Positions 12,305 to 23,294 of a DNA stretch of 64,000 nucleotides are shown here, piece after piece (position 1 is the first letter of the stretch; every line of letters begins with the position of its first letter). The notes below the pieces were generated by a model. The model searched no databases, was not told where the DNA came from, and saw only the letters and a list, made by a program, of their open reading frames with translations. The translations under genes were made by a program, and so were the position numbers. Location: the NCBI GenBank assembly GCA_965242925.1, contig CBDEUM010000031.1, forward strand, positions 1-64,000, read 5' to 3'. This DNA is from Roseibacillus sp. (GTDB lineage Bacteria; Verrucomicrobiota; Verrucomicrobiia; Verrucomicrobiales; Akkermansiaceae).

Positions 12305-13414
12305 ATGGCTCCTTCCCGTCGCTGCGCTGCCGCCCTGGCGGCCGCTACCGTCGTTCTGGCCTTCCCGGCTGCATCCCTGGCAGATGAGGCTAGGGATGCC
12401 CTGATCGTGGAAACGGTTTTGAGGATCGAGGGCTTTGACCTGCAGGGATCGACCAAGGCGCAGGCCGCGGTCGGGCGCTACCTGAAAAGCAACTGGGCCG
12501 GGGAGCGCTATCTCGATCTCATTGAGCGCTTCTCCCTGAAGGAGGAGGCACCCGGGGTGCTACGGCTCGCCCTCGAAAAGTCCGATACCCCGATGGGAGC
12601 GGAGGCCGCTTCCCTGCTGGTGACCCTGGGAGCAGGCGATCTTCTCATCAATACCCTTCGCGGTGAGGATGACCCCAAGGCCGTCCGGGCGGCGGTGGCG
12701 ATCTCCCACGCCGGAGCCCCCGCTCTTGTTGCCGAGTTGCCGAAGATCCTCGCGGATCAGTCCCGGGCGGTGGCGGTGCGCTCGTCTGCACTCGCCGCGC
12801 TCTACGGCAAACACCCGGCGAAGCAGGCCGAACTCCTGGCCACCGTGAAGGCGGGCAAGTTGGCCAAGGACCTGCGCCAGACTGCCTCTGAAATCCTCAT
12901 GCTTTCCCGGGATCCGGAAATCCGGAAGGAAGCCAAGTCCCTCTTTGCCGTGGGCGAAGGGAACTTTCCTCCTGTCGCGGAACTGGTCAAACGCAAAGGG
13001 ATTGCCGCCAACGGAAAACAGCTCTTTGCCACCAAGACCTGTCTTGTCTGTCACCAGGCTGGTGGGGTGGGAATCAATTTCGGTCCCGGCCTTTCGGAAA
13101 TCGGCGACAAGTTGGACAAGAAGGCCCTCTATCAGGCGATCCTGGAGCCCAGCGCCGGGATCAGCATGGGCTTCGAGGGCTGGGAGGTCACCCTGAAGGA
13201 CAAGAGCACCTTGGTCGGGATCGTCGTGGAGACGGATGAGAATCTGACTGTCACCATGATTGGCGGCGCCAAGCGAACCATCAACAAGGGGGAGATCTCC
13301 ACCCGGACAAAGCTCAAGCAGTCCCTCATGTATCCAGGGCTTCACCAGTTGATGACGCCGGGTGAACTGGTCGATCTGGTGGAGTATCTCAGTTCGCTCC
13401 GCAAAGGCGGATAG
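12305..13414 (+). CDS. Secreted c-type cytochrome (PVC heme-binding domain)
   Basis: Own signal peptide; CLVCH, FGPGLSEIG, ILEPSAGI, SLMYPGL..LVDLVEYL. Confidence 0.85.
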   Translation: MAPSRRCAAALAAATVVLAFPAASLADEARDALIVETVLRIEGFDLQGSTKAQAAVGRYLKSNWAGERYLDLIERFSLKEEAPGVLRLALEKSDTPMGAEAASLLVTLGAGDLLINTLRGEDDPKAVRAAVAISHAGAPALVAELPKILADQSRAVAVRSSALAALYGKHPAKQAELLATVKAGKLAKDLRQTASEILMLSRDPEIRKEAKSLFAVGEGNFPPVAELVKRKGIAANGKQLFATKTCLVCHQAGGVGINFGPGLSEIGDKLDKKALYQAILEPSAGISMGFEGWEVTLKDKSTLVGIVVETDENLTVTMIGGAKRTINKGEISTRTKLKQSLMYPGLHQLMTPGELVDLVEYLSSLRKGG

Positions 13415-13473
13415 CCCCGCCGCAACAAGCGCCTATCCGGACCAACCCGGAACAGGATGGACCCCTCACAGGC

Positions 13474-14682
13474 ATGATCTCGAAGCGGACCCCAATGACC
13501 TTCCGGCTCTGGTTGACAGGCCTTCTCCTGTTTCCGGCGGTGTGGCCTGCGGCCCATGCCTGCCTGATCTGCCTTCCGGTCCCCACCACCTCCCCTGCCG
13601 ATTATCTTCTCGAATCCGAGGTCATCGTGCTCGCCCGCGAGGATCCCGGGTCTCCCTACTGGCTCCGCACCGTGAAGGTCCTGAAGGGCGATCCCACCGG
13701 GATCGACCGTGATTTCTTTCTTGAGGCCCCGCTCCAGCCCGGACTTTCCCTCAACCGTAACAGGGAGGTCATCTGCGCCTATGGCTCCCGCGAGGGACGC
13801 TCCCAGCCGGAATGGGCCCGGGTTGGGGACGCGGATGTCGCCTTCGCCCCGCTCGTGCACGAGATCCTGCAACTTGGAGAGCAGTGGAAGGCCAACCCGA
13901 GGGAGCGCGCCTCCTTTTTTTCGAGGTATCTTGCCCACCGGAACCAGCAGGTCCGCGCCCTCGCCCATCTTGAGGTGGCCCGGGCCCCCTACGACCAGAT
14001 CCGGGAATTTGCGGGGAGCCTGTCCCCGGAGGAACTGAGGGCCTCCCTGCAAAACTTCCGGCTGACTGACTGGCATCCCCTCTATATCCTGCTGTTGGCC
14101 CAGGGCGAAGAGGCCGTGGACCACCAGCTCATCACCGATAAGGTGCGGTCCGCTGCGGAATCCGGGCGCAGCCTGCACCTGGCCGCCTGGGTCACCGCCT
14201 GGATCGAAATTGACCCGGAGGCCGCCCTGGAATTCGTGGAGAGGCATTACCTGGCCAATGGTCTGCGGGATGCCGCGGAGATTCGCGCCCTCTTCCAGGC
14301 CCTCTCGGTGCACGGGAACCGGGGTCACGTTCATTTGCGGGACCGGATCGTGGGGGCCTACCGGCAGATCCTTGGACGACAACCCGGGCTGGCCCCCGGG
14401 ATCGTGACCGACCTCATGGCCTGGGAACGCTGGAACCTGAAGGACTCCATCGTGCCTATTGTCTCCACCCCACCCCTCGGAATGGACCAGGCCTCTCTGC
14501 TCCAGCTCCGGGCCTACCTCCGGAAGGCCGGTGAAGTGAATGCCGGCGATGAACAGAGCGCCGGGACAAGCCGCGCCAGTCGGACCCTCGTGTTCGTCGT
14601 GCTGGCCCTGCTGATGGCCATTCCGATCGCACTGAGCCTCGTCCGCTGGAGAGCGGGAAGGCGCAGGGAAGCTGCTTCATAA
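13474..14682 (+). CDS. Exported hypothetical protein with N-terminal CxxC and C-terminal membrane anchor
   Basis: 402-aa ORF; AAHA-CLIC after signal peptide; C-terminal hydrophobic helix followed by basic tail. Confidence 0.7.
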   Translation: MISKRTPMTFRLWLTGLLLFPAVWPAAHACLICLPVPTTSPADYLLESEVIVLAREDPGSPYWLRTVKVLKGDPTGIDRDFFLEAPLQPGLSLNRNREVICAYGSREGRSQPEWARVGDADVAFAPLVHEILQLGEQWKANPRERASFFSRYLAHRNQQVRALAHLEVARAPYDQIREFAGSLSPEELRASLQNFRLTDWHPLYILLLAQGEEAVDHQLITDKVRSAAESGRSLHLAAWVTAWIEIDPEAALEFVERHYLANGLRDAAEIRALFQALSVHGNRGHVHLRDRIVGAYRQILGRQPGLAPGIVTDLMAWERWNLKDSIVPIVSTPPLGMDQASLLQLRAYLRKAGEVNAGDEQSAGTSRASRTLVFVVLALLMAIPIALSLVRWRAGRRREAAS

Positions 14683-14826
14683 GGGACTCTTCCCCACAGG
14701 GCGCCCGGGAGTCACTGCTTTCCGCCCGATCCTCATCGCTCAGGTGCCCGGCCCCGCACTCTCCCTGGATAGTCTGGCCCTCAAGGAAGCAAGCGCCTAT
14801 AAGAGAGCAGTCCGGCATACCACGTC

Positions 14827-17800
14827 ATGACCCGCCGTTTATTCCATACCCGCGTCCTTCCGCTTGTGCGCCCTTCCCTCTGCCCGCTCGTGCTACTGAT
14901 TCTCTGCGCCGGGTTGCTCCTGAAGGGATTCGTCACGCGGTCCCACGGCCAGTCCGGAGAGACTGACGGGGGAGAGGCTCCCCGCCGCATCGAGGTGCTT
15001 TTCCTGGGCAGCAAAAACCTCTTCAATCACGATCCCCCGACCCGCTTCCGGGTGCTGCGCAAGGCCCTGGGACCGAAGGCGATCAATATTACCTACGCCC
15101 ACACCGTTGAGGCTCTCACCGAGGAGAACCTGGCCAAGTATGACGTCCTCCTCATCTTCGCCAATCTCTACAAGCTCGACGTGGAGACCCAGGGCCAGGC
15201 CCTTCTCGATTTTGCGAAGAAGGGCGGAGGCTGTGTTCTCCTCCACTGCGCGGCCGGCTGTTTTCGGGAGTCGGAGTTTGACGAGTATGTCGACCTGCTC
15301 GGCGCCCAGTTCAAGAGGCACGGAAAGGGAGTTTTCCGGGCCCGCATCGTGAACGAGGACCATCCGATCATGAAGGGATGGAAGGGCTTCGAGTGCTGGG
15401 ATGAGACTTACGAGCACAAGCGCCACGGCAAGGATCGGATCATTCTGCAGAAACGCGACGACGAACCCTGGACCTGGGTCAAGACCTACGGCCAGGGACG
15501 GGTCTTCTATACTGCCAGCGGGCATGACCACCGCTGCTGGGACCTGCCGGAATATCACGATCTCCTGCACCGGGCCATCCGCTGGACCTCCAAGGACGAC
15601 ACGGTGAGCTGGCTGGCGCCCGAGAATCTCCCGGAATTGCGCTACCGACCGGCGGCCGCGCCCAGGGACCCCGATAACCCGGTCGGACCCCTCAACCAGA
15701 TCCAGAATCCCCTCTCCCCTGAAAATTCCCTCAAGCTCGCTCAGGTGCCCCCGGGCTTCGAAATCAGCCTCTTCGCGGCCGAGCCCATGGTGATCAATCC
15801 CATCGCCATGAACTGGGATCAGGACGGACGGCTCTGGGTGGTGGAGGCCTTCGATTATCCCCACAAGGTCGGAACCGAAAACCCACAGGATCGCATCAAG
15901 ATCCTCGAGGACCGCGACCGCGACGGCCGGGCTGATACGGTCACCGTCTTTGCCGATGGCCTCAACATCTGCACCTCCGTCCTGCCGGTCACCGGCGGGG
16001 CAATTGCCACCGACGGACCGGACATGGTCCTCCTCCGCGATGAAGACGGGGACGGAAAGGCCGATCGGAAGGAAGTGCTCTGGTCCGGCATCGGCCTGCG
16101 CGACACGCATGCCTGTGTCTCTAATCTCCGTCACGGATTCGACGGATGGATCTATGCCACGGTGGGATACAGCGGGTTGGACGTGACCGTCAACGGGAGG
16201 CAGCACAAGTCGTCCCAGGCCGTTTTCCGTTTCCTTCCCGATGGGTCCGCCTTCGAAATCGTGCAGGATACCAGCAACAACACCTGGGGACTGGGCTTCA
16301 CCGAGGAGGGCGACCTAGTGGGCTCCACCGCCAACGGCAACGCGAGCTGGTATCTCTCCATTCCCAACCGCCACTTTGAAGCGGTGGGCCGTAAGGGACA
16401 GAAGGTAGCAAAGGCCGATGGACCGGAGTTTCTTGCACCCATCACGAGCGATTACTTCCAGAACAACCCGAAAGAGAATCATTCCTCTGCGGCGGGACAT
16501 GCGGTCTACACCAGCCGCCGTTTTCCGGAGGACTGGTGGAACAAACGTGTCCTGGTCTGCGAACCGCCCATGCACCTCGTCTCCGCACCAGGGATCAAGC
16601 GACGGGGAGACCGCTTTGAAACCACGGGCTTCAACCATAATCTCTACGCCTCCGCCGATGCCTGGTCGGCCCCGGTGGCTGCCGAGGTCGGTCCGGACGG
16701 TGCGGTCTGGATGGCGGACTGGTACAACCCGATCTGCAACCACAATCCCTACCGCGGACACTTCCGGAAGGGGCCGGGCAATGCCCTCCGGTCGGACGAC
16801 CGGGACCGTGAGCACGGCCGCATCTACCGCATCTACCCCCGGGGGACGCAGGACGAACCCTATCCCAACCTGCAGACCGTGCAGGAGGCTCTCGCCGCCC
16901 TCGAACATCCCAATCTTTTCTGGCGCTTGACGGCCCAGCGCCTTCTCGCCGGGAGACTCGATTCCAAGACCCTTGCCGCCAAGTCCGGCCAGTCCCGCAA
17001 TCCCCGGGCCCGCTTCCACCTGGCACTCGCGGCCCACCACGGTAAGCTCGATGCCGTCCAGGCCGCGGCGATGGCCCGCCGGATTGAATTGGACGAGGAG
17101 AGAACGGGCAGGAACCAGGTCCTCATTCACTCGCCGGCCGCGAGCCTCAAACGCCTGCAGGACGCCGGGCGGGACCCGCTGGACCGCAAAGCCGCGGCCC
17201 TCCGCCTCGTGGAAGCCCCGCCCAGTGCGCGGCTTGGTGAGGATCTCCTTCACCTCGTCACCACGGACTCCACCATTGCCGGGAGCAACCACCTCGCAGA
17301 TGCGGTCCGCCTCGCCGTCATCCGCCACCCGGAAGGGTTTTTCCGCGCCCTGCTCGAGGAGAAAGCGGAGCACAAGTTCGAAGGCTTCCTCGGCAGGATT
17401 GTGCGCGACGCCCTGGTGAGGATCCGCAGGACCCCGGATATCATCTCGAAAGGCCTTCGCGTTTTCGCCCACCAGTCGGACTCCGGCCTGGCGAAGCGAC
17501 TTGCCGAGGCTGCCGAGGCCGACCCGCCGACCGCGCCAGAGACCACCCTCTCTCCCAGCGCCCGAAGGGGCGAGCAAGTCTACCTGGCCTGCTGCGTGGC
17601 ATGTCACCAACCGGAGGGGAAGGGCCTTCCCAAAGTCTTCCCTCCTCTCGCCGGTTCCAAGCGACTCCTTGGACCGACGGAGGTGCCCGTCCGGATTGTC
17701 CTGAAAGGGCTGCAGGGACCCCTTGAGGCCAATGGAGAACAGTACGACAGCATGATGCCCGGCCACGAGGCCTTGCTGACCGATCAACAGGTGGCGGACG

Positions 17801-17934
17801 TCCTCAATTACACCCGTGCCTCCTGGGGGAACACGGCGGGGGAAGTGAGCGAGGAGAGTGTTGGTGCCGTCCGGGCCACCGTGGCCCGGCGCACGTCCCC
17901 GTGGACCGAACCGGAGCTCCGCTCCAGGAAGTGA
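14827..17934 (+). CDS. ThuA-like + PVC-type beta-propeller + cytochrome c protein
   Basis: DETYEH..GQGRVFYTASGHD (ThuA); FAAEPMVINP..WDQDGRLWV; C-terminal CVACH..FPPLAGS..MMPGH. Confidence 0.88.
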   Translation: MTRRLFHTRVLPLVRPSLCPLVLLILCAGLLLKGFVTRSHGQSGETDGGEAPRRIEVLFLGSKNLFNHDPPTRFRVLRKALGPKAINITYAHTVEALTEENLAKYDVLLIFANLYKLDVETQGQALLDFAKKGGGCVLLHCAAGCFRESEFDEYVDLLGAQFKRHGKGVFRARIVNEDHPIMKGWKGFECWDETYEHKRHGKDRIILQKRDDEPWTWVKTYGQGRVFYTASGHDHRCWDLPEYHDLLHRAIRWTSKDDTVSWLAPENLPELRYRPAAAPRDPDNPVGPLNQIQNPLSPENSLKLAQVPPGFEISLFAAEPMVINPIAMNWDQDGRLWVVEAFDYPHKVGTENPQDRIKILEDRDRDGRADTVTVFADGLNICTSVLPVTGGAIATDGPDMVLLRDEDGDGKADRKEVLWSGIGLRDTHACVSNLRHGFDGWIYATVGYSGLDVTVNGRQHKSSQAVFRFLPDGSAFEIVQDTSNNTWGLGFTEEGDLVGSTANGNASWYLSIPNRHFEAVGRKGQKVAKADGPEFLAPITSDYFQNNPKENHSSAAGHAVYTSRRFPEDWWNKRVLVCEPPMHLVSAPGIKRRGDRFETTGFNHNLYASADAWSAPVAAEVGPDGAVWMADWYNPICNHNPYRGHFRKGPGNALRSDDRDREHGRIYRIYPRGTQDEPYPNLQTVQEALAALEHPNLFWRLTAQRLLAGRLDSKTLAAKSGQSRNPRARFHLALAAHHGKLDAVQAAAMARRIELDEERTGRNQVLIHSPAASLKRLQDAGRDPLDRKAAALRLVEAPPSARLGEDLLHLVTTDSTIAGSNHLADAVRLAVIRHPEGFFRALLEEKAEHKFEGFLGRIVRDALVRIRRTPDIISKGLRVFAHQSDSGLAKRLAEAAEADPPTAPETTLSPSARRGEQVYLACCVACHQPEGKGLPKVFPPLAGSKRLLGPTEVPVRIVLKGLQGPLEANGEQYDSMMPGHEALLTDQQVADVLNYTRASWGNTAGEVSEESVGAVRATVARRTSPWTEPELRSRK

Positions 17935-17942
17935 GTCCTGCC

Positions 17943-18392
17943 ATGACCATTGCCACAGAGATCCCCCCTCCCCTGGAACTCTACATGGAAGGCCTGCGCT
18001 CCCACGACCTCGGGAAGATCGGTGCCAGCTTCGCGGAAGACATCCGGTTCGTCACCCCGGCCCGGACGATGGGGACCGACGAAATCCTGGCCTTCCTCGC
18101 GGCCCTTTACCAGGGCTTTCCCGACTGGAGCTACGACAACGATCCTCCGGTCCTCACCGGGGACGGAGCCATCGGCGTGAAGTGGCGACAGGGCGGAACC
18201 CATACCGGGGCCCTCGCCTTTCCCGGGTTTGACTCTTACCCCGCCACCGGGCGACAGGTCACCATTCCAGAGCACTTCTTTTATTATCGCGTCGATGATC
18301 GTGGCCTGCATGAAATCCGGCCGGATCCCATTCCCGGGGGTGCCCCCCGGGGAATCTTCGAGCAGATCGGGGTTGAGCATCCCCCGCTCTAG
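17943..18392 (+). CDS. SnoaL-like / ester cyclase (NTF2 fold)
   Basis: YQGFPDW..WRQGGTHTG..PATGRQV. Confidence 0.8.
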   Translation: MTIATEIPPPLELYMEGLRSHDLGKIGASFAEDIRFVTPARTMGTDEILAFLAALYQGFPDWSYDNDPPVLTGDGAIGVKWRQGGTHTGALAFPGFDSYPATGRQVTIPEHFFYYRVDDRGLHEIRPDPIPGGAPRGIFEQIGVEHPPL

Positions 18393-18440
18393 AGTCCCTT
18401 CCCGGCAGACCCTTCCGCCACCTGAAACCACCAGAGAACC

Positions 18441-18743
18441 ATGCCATTTGCCATCATCACCAGGGACAAGCCCGGACACACCGGGGTGCGCGCATCCCAT
18501 CAGTCCGCTCACAAGGCCTACCTCGACCAGCACAGGGAGATTCTCCTCGCCGCCGGGGCCATGCTCGATGATGAGGCGATCGAGGCCCATGGCGGCGTTC
18601 TCCTCGTGGATGTGGAGACCAGGGCCGCGGCAGAGGAATTTGTTCGCAACGACCCCTTCCAGGCAGCAGGGCTTTTCGGAGAGATCCTGATCACCCGCTG
18701 GCGGAAGGCCTTCTTCGACCGCCAACGGCTGGTGGAGCTCTGA
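18441..18743 (+). CDS. YciI family protein
   Basis: DKPG..R..HKAYLD..AAGAML..GGVLLVD..NDPF. Confidence 0.85.
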   Translation: MPFAIITRDKPGHTGVRASHQSAHKAYLDQHREILLAAGAMLDDEAIEAHGGVLLVDVETRAAAEEFVRNDPFQAAGLFGEILITRWRKAFFDRQRLVEL

Positions 18744-18803
18744 TCCCAGACAGGCCGCGGAGCGGGGATCGACAGTGTGGCCCTGTCTGCTAGATAGAAG
18801 CCC

Positions 18804-19727
18804 ATGCGCACCACCAGCCTCCTTTCCTTGCTGGCCCTCCTGGCCACCGGTCCCTCCACCCTGGCGAAGGAGTTCCGGCTCTACTATCTGGGTGGACAGT
18901 CGAACATGGACGGCTACGGAAAGGTGGCCGAACTGCCGGAAGACCTGAAGGCAGGCAAGGGTTACGAGGGCGTCTCCATCTTCCACGGCAACATGGGGCT
19001 GGATGGCAAAAAGCCCGATGGCCGTGGTGCCTGGATGCAACTCAAGCCGGGTCATGGACGCAACTTCAAGTCCGACGGGTCCAGGCACAGTTACTCGGAC
19101 CGCTTCGGGCTGGAGCTCACTCTGGCCCGCACCCTGAAGAAGCAATATCCCGATGCCCACATCGCCTTCATTAAGTACTCGCGTGGGGGAACCGCCATCG
19201 ATTCGAAAGCGGGGGCCCAGAAGCGCTTCGGGGCCTGGGATCCGGACTGGAACGGCGGCGCAGGCGAAGGCAGGGGCGTCAACCAGTACGACCACTTCCA
19301 GGCCACCCTGAAGCACGCCTTTGCGGACAAGGATCTCGATAATGACGGCGAGACCGACACGCTTGTGCCCTCCGGCATCTTCTGGATGCAGGGCGAGAGC
19401 GATGCGGACAGCGAGGAAGTGGCCCGGCGCTACGAGTCCAACCTCGGTGAACTCATGAACCTCATCCGCAAGGACCTGGGCGAAGGCGACAAGAAGATCC
19501 CCGTCGTGATCGGTCGCATCACTGACTGGAAGGTCTGGACATTCGGTGGGGTCGTCCGCGAGGCACAGGCCGCCTTCGTGAAAAAGGACGGCCGGGCCGC
19601 CCTCGTCACCTCAACCGATTCCTACAAGAACTCCGATCCCTGGCACTACGACACCGCGGGATACCTCGACCTCGGGAAAAAATTCGGGGAGGCCGTAATC
19701 TCCCTCGAAAAGAACTCTACGAAATGA
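18804..19727 (+). CDS. Sialate O-acetylesterase (SASA/DUF303)
   Basis: GGQSNM, FGLEL, FWMQGESD, DPWHY motifs; signal peptide. Confidence 0.88.
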   Translation: MRTTSLLSLLALLATGPSTLAKEFRLYYLGGQSNMDGYGKVAELPEDLKAGKGYEGVSIFHGNMGLDGKKPDGRGAWMQLKPGHGRNFKSDGSRHSYSDRFGLELTLARTLKKQYPDAHIAFIKYSRGGTAIDSKAGAQKRFGAWDPDWNGGAGEGRGVNQYDHFQATLKHAFADKDLDNDGETDTLVPSGIFWMQGESDADSEEVARRYESNLGELMNLIRKDLGEGDKKIPVVIGRITDWKVWTFGGVVREAQAAFVKKDGRAALVTSTDSYKNSDPWHYDTAGYLDLGKKFGEAVISLEKNSTK

Positions 19728-20608
19728 ACGCACTCGCCGAGCCCCTGCTCCAGCGATCCGACTGGCTGCAGGCCGCGGCCAGTCATCGCGCAAGGGCCCG
19801 CACCTGGACGCAACCCACCCGCGACCGCAGGGCACGGGGCGAGAAGCATCCGGTAGATGACTTCCTGCACACCTACTACCGGCTCTCGCTCGGCAAGCTG
19901 GAGCGCTGGCATCCGGGTTTCGGCGTGGCGATGGAGGACTGCGTGGAAGCCCGGTGCGCCTTCCCGGAAAGGCACTACCGTTTTAAGGATGGAACCTGCA
20001 GGGTGGATCCGGATCTCCTTGAGGAGAAGGCCCGGGAGCGGTTGCGCTTTACCCTGCGCCTCCTCCGCGCCACCCGGTCCCGCCCGCCCAACTTCGCCTG
20101 TCATGGCCTGCACGAATGGGCCATGGTCTACCGCGGGACCATGGTGCGACACCGTGAAACCGTTCCCCTGCGCCTGCCCCAGGAGGAGATCGACACTCTC
20201 GTACGATCCCAGCCGCTCTGCTGCAGCCACTTCGATGCCTTTCGGTTCTTCGCTCCGGAAGCCCAACTGCTCAACCACCTGCAACCCGATCTCTGGGCCC
20301 GCGAGGACAATGAGCAACCCGGTTGCATCCACGCAAACATGGATCTCTACAAGTGGGCGGCCAAGTCGCTGCCCTGGATTTCAAGCGATCTCCTGTGGAA
20401 GTGCTTCCACCTCGCCCTGAAGGCGCGCGAGATCGACATGCGGGCGAGCCCCTATGACCTCAGCGGGTTCGGCTATGAACCCATCGCGGTGGAGACCATG
20501 GCCGGGCGTAGCGCGTACGAGCAGGAACAGCGTCTCCTCGCCGAGGAGGCCCGGCCACTGCGGGACGGTCTCATCCGCCAACTGGACAAAGTCCTCGCGA
20601 CAGACTGA
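19724..20608 (+). CDS. Conserved hypothetical protein (family often auto-labelled 3-methyladenine DNA glycosylase)
   Basis: HPVDDFLHTYY, CHGLHEWAMVY, CSHFDAFRFF, EQPGCIHANMDLYKW, DMRASPYDL. Confidence 0.75.
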   Translation: MNALAEPLLQRSDWLQAAASHRARARTWTQPTRDRRARGEKHPVDDFLHTYYRLSLGKLERWHPGFGVAMEDCVEARCAFPERHYRFKDGTCRVDPDLLEEKARERLRFTLRLLRATRSRPPNFACHGLHEWAMVYRGTMVRHRETVPLRLPQEEIDTLVRSQPLCCSHFDAFRFFAPEAQLLNHLQPDLWAREDNEQPGCIHANMDLYKWAAKSLPWISSDLLWKCFHLALKAREIDMRASPYDLSGFGYEPIAVETMAGRSAYEQEQRLLAEEARPLRDGLIRQLDKVLATD

Positions 20609-20631
20609 CTCCGCTAATAAAGTGATCCACG

Positions 20632-21108
20632 ATGTTTCCACGGACAGGAACCCTCCTGAGTGCCGGCTGCCTCGGCCTCCTCCTGGGGTCCTGTGCGACG
20701 GAGAACGGCAAGGCTCCGACCGGAGGCCCAAAGGCCCCCATGGACTTCGCGGTGGATACCGGGGGCGGCCGCATGTTTTACAGGGGAACTGCTTTCATTC
20801 CCCGCGGTTTCAATTCCAGGGAAGTCTTCGATCTCGATGTGCAACTCTCCCGGTGGGGCAATCCTCCTGCCAATGAGGCAAGCCGCAGCGCCGGCAGCGT
20901 CCTGACCGGGACATTCACCGGGAAGGGCCGCTACCAGCCCCTGGGAAACGGCGAAGGAGAAATCCAGCTCGCCCGGGGACGCCTCCAACTCCGGGGAGTG
21001 ATCCTCGATGACGGCCAGGAACTGGACGGGGAGTGGTTCCTGGACGGTCGACACGGGGGCGGTTTTCGAATGACGCGCAAGGGGCATCTTTTTCCCTCGA
21101 GTCACTGA
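20632..21108 (+). CDS. Hypothetical lipoprotein
   Basis: Lipobox LLGSC; co-oriented with neighbours. Confidence 0.6.
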   Translation: MFPRTGTLLSAGCLGLLLGSCATENGKAPTGGPKAPMDFAVDTGGGRMFYRGTAFIPRGFNSREVFDLDVQLSRWGNPPANEASRSAGSVLTGTFTGKGRYQPLGNGEGEIQLARGRLQLRGVILDDGQELDGEWFLDGRHGGGFRMTRKGHLFPSSH

Positions 21109-21234
21109 CCGGTCCCGCGTCCCGAATTGCGCGCCAGTAGTCCGCCATGTCGCACAGGTCGACGCCGGTTCTCACTTCACTCCTTTCCTGTGGCTTGCTA
21201 CGGGGAGCGCATTCCGCTACCTCTTCCATATCGC

Positions 21235-22657
21235 ATGATTCCCAACGTCCTCGCCGATCGCTACGCCTCCCCGGCCATGAGGAAGATCTGGTCCGCGGAG
21301 GGCCGCATCGTTCTTGAACGCGACTTCTGGATCGCGGTCATGAAATCCCAGCGCGAACTGGGCCTGCCCATCCCGGAAGAGGTCATTGCCGACTACGAGA
21401 AACGTGCAGGGAAGAGGTCCACCTGGACTCCATCCAGGAGCGGGAGCGGATCTCCCGCCATGATGTGAAGGCCCGCCTTGAGGAATTCAATGACCTCGCG
21501 GGCCACCAGGAGATCCACAAGGGCATGACTTCGCGGGATCTCACCGAGAACGTGGAGCAACTGCAGGTCTTCTCCTCCCTGCGGATCATCCACGACAAGG
21601 CGGTGGCCAGCCTGTCCGCCCTCGCCCGGCGGGCTCATGAATGGCGGGACGTGATCATTGCGGGAAGAACCCACAACGTTGCGGCTCAACCCACCACCTT
21701 TGGCAAGCGCCTTGCGATGTTTGGCGAAGAAATAATCGATTCCTTCAGGCACTTCGAGCACCTCATCGAGAGCTATCCGGTGCGCGGCCTGAAGGGCGCG
21801 GTGGGAACGCAGATGGACCAGCTCTCCCTCTTCGAGGGTAACCCCGACAAGGTCAGGGAGCTGGAACGTGGGATCGCCTCCCACCTCGGCCTCCCGAGCG
21901 ACTGGGTGTGCGTGGGCCAGGTCTATCCCCGTTCGCTGGACCTGCGGACGGTCTCCGCCCTCACCGAACTCACCTCCGCCCCGTCCTCGCTGTGCACCAC
22001 CCTGCGCCTGATGGCGGGTCACGAACTGGCCTCGGAAGGTTTCGCCAGGGGACAAACCGGGTCCAGTGCCATGCCCCACAAGATGAATGCCCGTTCCTGC
22101 GAACGGGTGAACGGCTTCCACATCATCCTGAAGGGATATCTCTCGATGGGAGCGGGTCTGAGCGGCACGCAGTGGAACGAGGGCGACGTCTCCTGCTCGG
22201 TGGTCCGGCGCGTCATGCTGCCCGATGCCTTCTTCGCGGCAGACGGACTCTTCGAAACCTTTCTTACCATCCTGGGCCAGATGCAGGTCTTCGCCGGAAC
22301 CATCGACAGGGAAAACGAACGCTACATGCCCTTTCTCCTGAGCACATCCTTCCTGATGGCTGCGGTCAAGGCCGGGGCGGGCCGTGAAACCGCCCATGAG
22401 GCCATCAAGGAACATGCCCTGGCCGTGGCCCGGGAACTACGCGAGGGTGCAATCCCTCACAACGACCTCCTCGACCGCCTGGCGGCGGACGAGCGCATTC
22501 CCGTTTCCCGCGAGGACCTGCAGGAAGTCTTCGAGGCGGGACAAGGCAACACCGGTGCCGCCACCGCCCAGGTCGATGCCTTTCATTCAGGCCGTCTCCA
22601 GTCTGGCCGAGCGCCATCCCGAATGCGGCCGCCTACCACCCGGGCGACATTCTTTAG
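21235..22657 (+). CDS. purB: Adenylosuccinate lyase (frameshifts ~21410 and ~22580-22620)
   Basis: MIPNVLADRYAS; HDVKAR..HKGMTSRD, GRTHNVAAQPTT, GSSAMPHKMN signature; natural end AAAYHPGDIL-TAG at 22655-22657 lies in another frame. Confidence 0.92.
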
Positions 22658-22725
22658 CACCCCGACTATTGCCCGGCAAACTCCCCCTGACGGGAGAGCG
22701 GACCGCTCCGCAGGCGCAGCGGCGA

Positions 22726-23229
22726 CTACTTCTTCTCGTCCTTCTTCTTCTGCAGTTCGCGGTGCTTTTTCTTGGCCTCACGAAACACCTTGCTGCCTTC
22801 CTCATGGATCTCCTTACCGGAAGTTGTCCCGAGAACTTCCTTCATCTCACCATCGAGAACCACCACCAGGGGGTAGGTGTTGCCCGCTGCACTGAGGCCG
22901 GTCACGAGAGCCTCCGGAACACCATTCTCCTTGCCCCGCGAAGCATCGGCCACTTCCTGGTAATCTCCCTTCACCATCAGGCAGAATGACTTGAGTGCCC
23001 TGATCGCATCGTTGGTGGCTTCGATTGAACGCGCCACCCCCTCGTTCTTGGCGTCCCAGATGCGGGGAATGAAGATGAAGGCAAATCCCTTCCCCTCCTC
23101 CTCAGCCACCTTCTCCGCTTCCTTGAGTTTCTCCCACTCTACAACATCGCGGGGCCAGCGCACCTTGGGAGCGGCGGAGGCCAGGGAACCGACGAGAATA
23201 ATCAGAAGCAGGATGGCGGACGTTTTCAT
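22726..23229 (-). CDS. Exported hypothetical protein (possibly thioredoxin-like fold)
   Basis: Signal peptide MKTSAILLLII..SAA; YPLVVVLD. Confidence 0.65.
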   Translation of the reverse strand: MKTSAILLLIILVGSLASAAPKVRWPRDVVEWEKLKEAEKVAEEEGKGFAFIFIPRIWDAKNEGVARSIEATNDAIRALKSFCLMVKGDYQEVADASRGKENGVPEALVTGLSAAGNTYPLVVVLDGEMKEVLGTTSGKEIHEEGSKVFREAKKKHRELQKKKDEKK

Positions 23230-23294
23230 GACCGTAGTACGGTAAACCAACCCCGGATATTTGGAATTCCATTCTGCAATTTCCCCACACAACC

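Noticed and set aside
21400..22620. Programmed ribosomal frameshifting in purB
   Set aside because: Several separate breaks, no canonical slippery heptamer seen, and similar indels in neighbouring genes point to sequence error.
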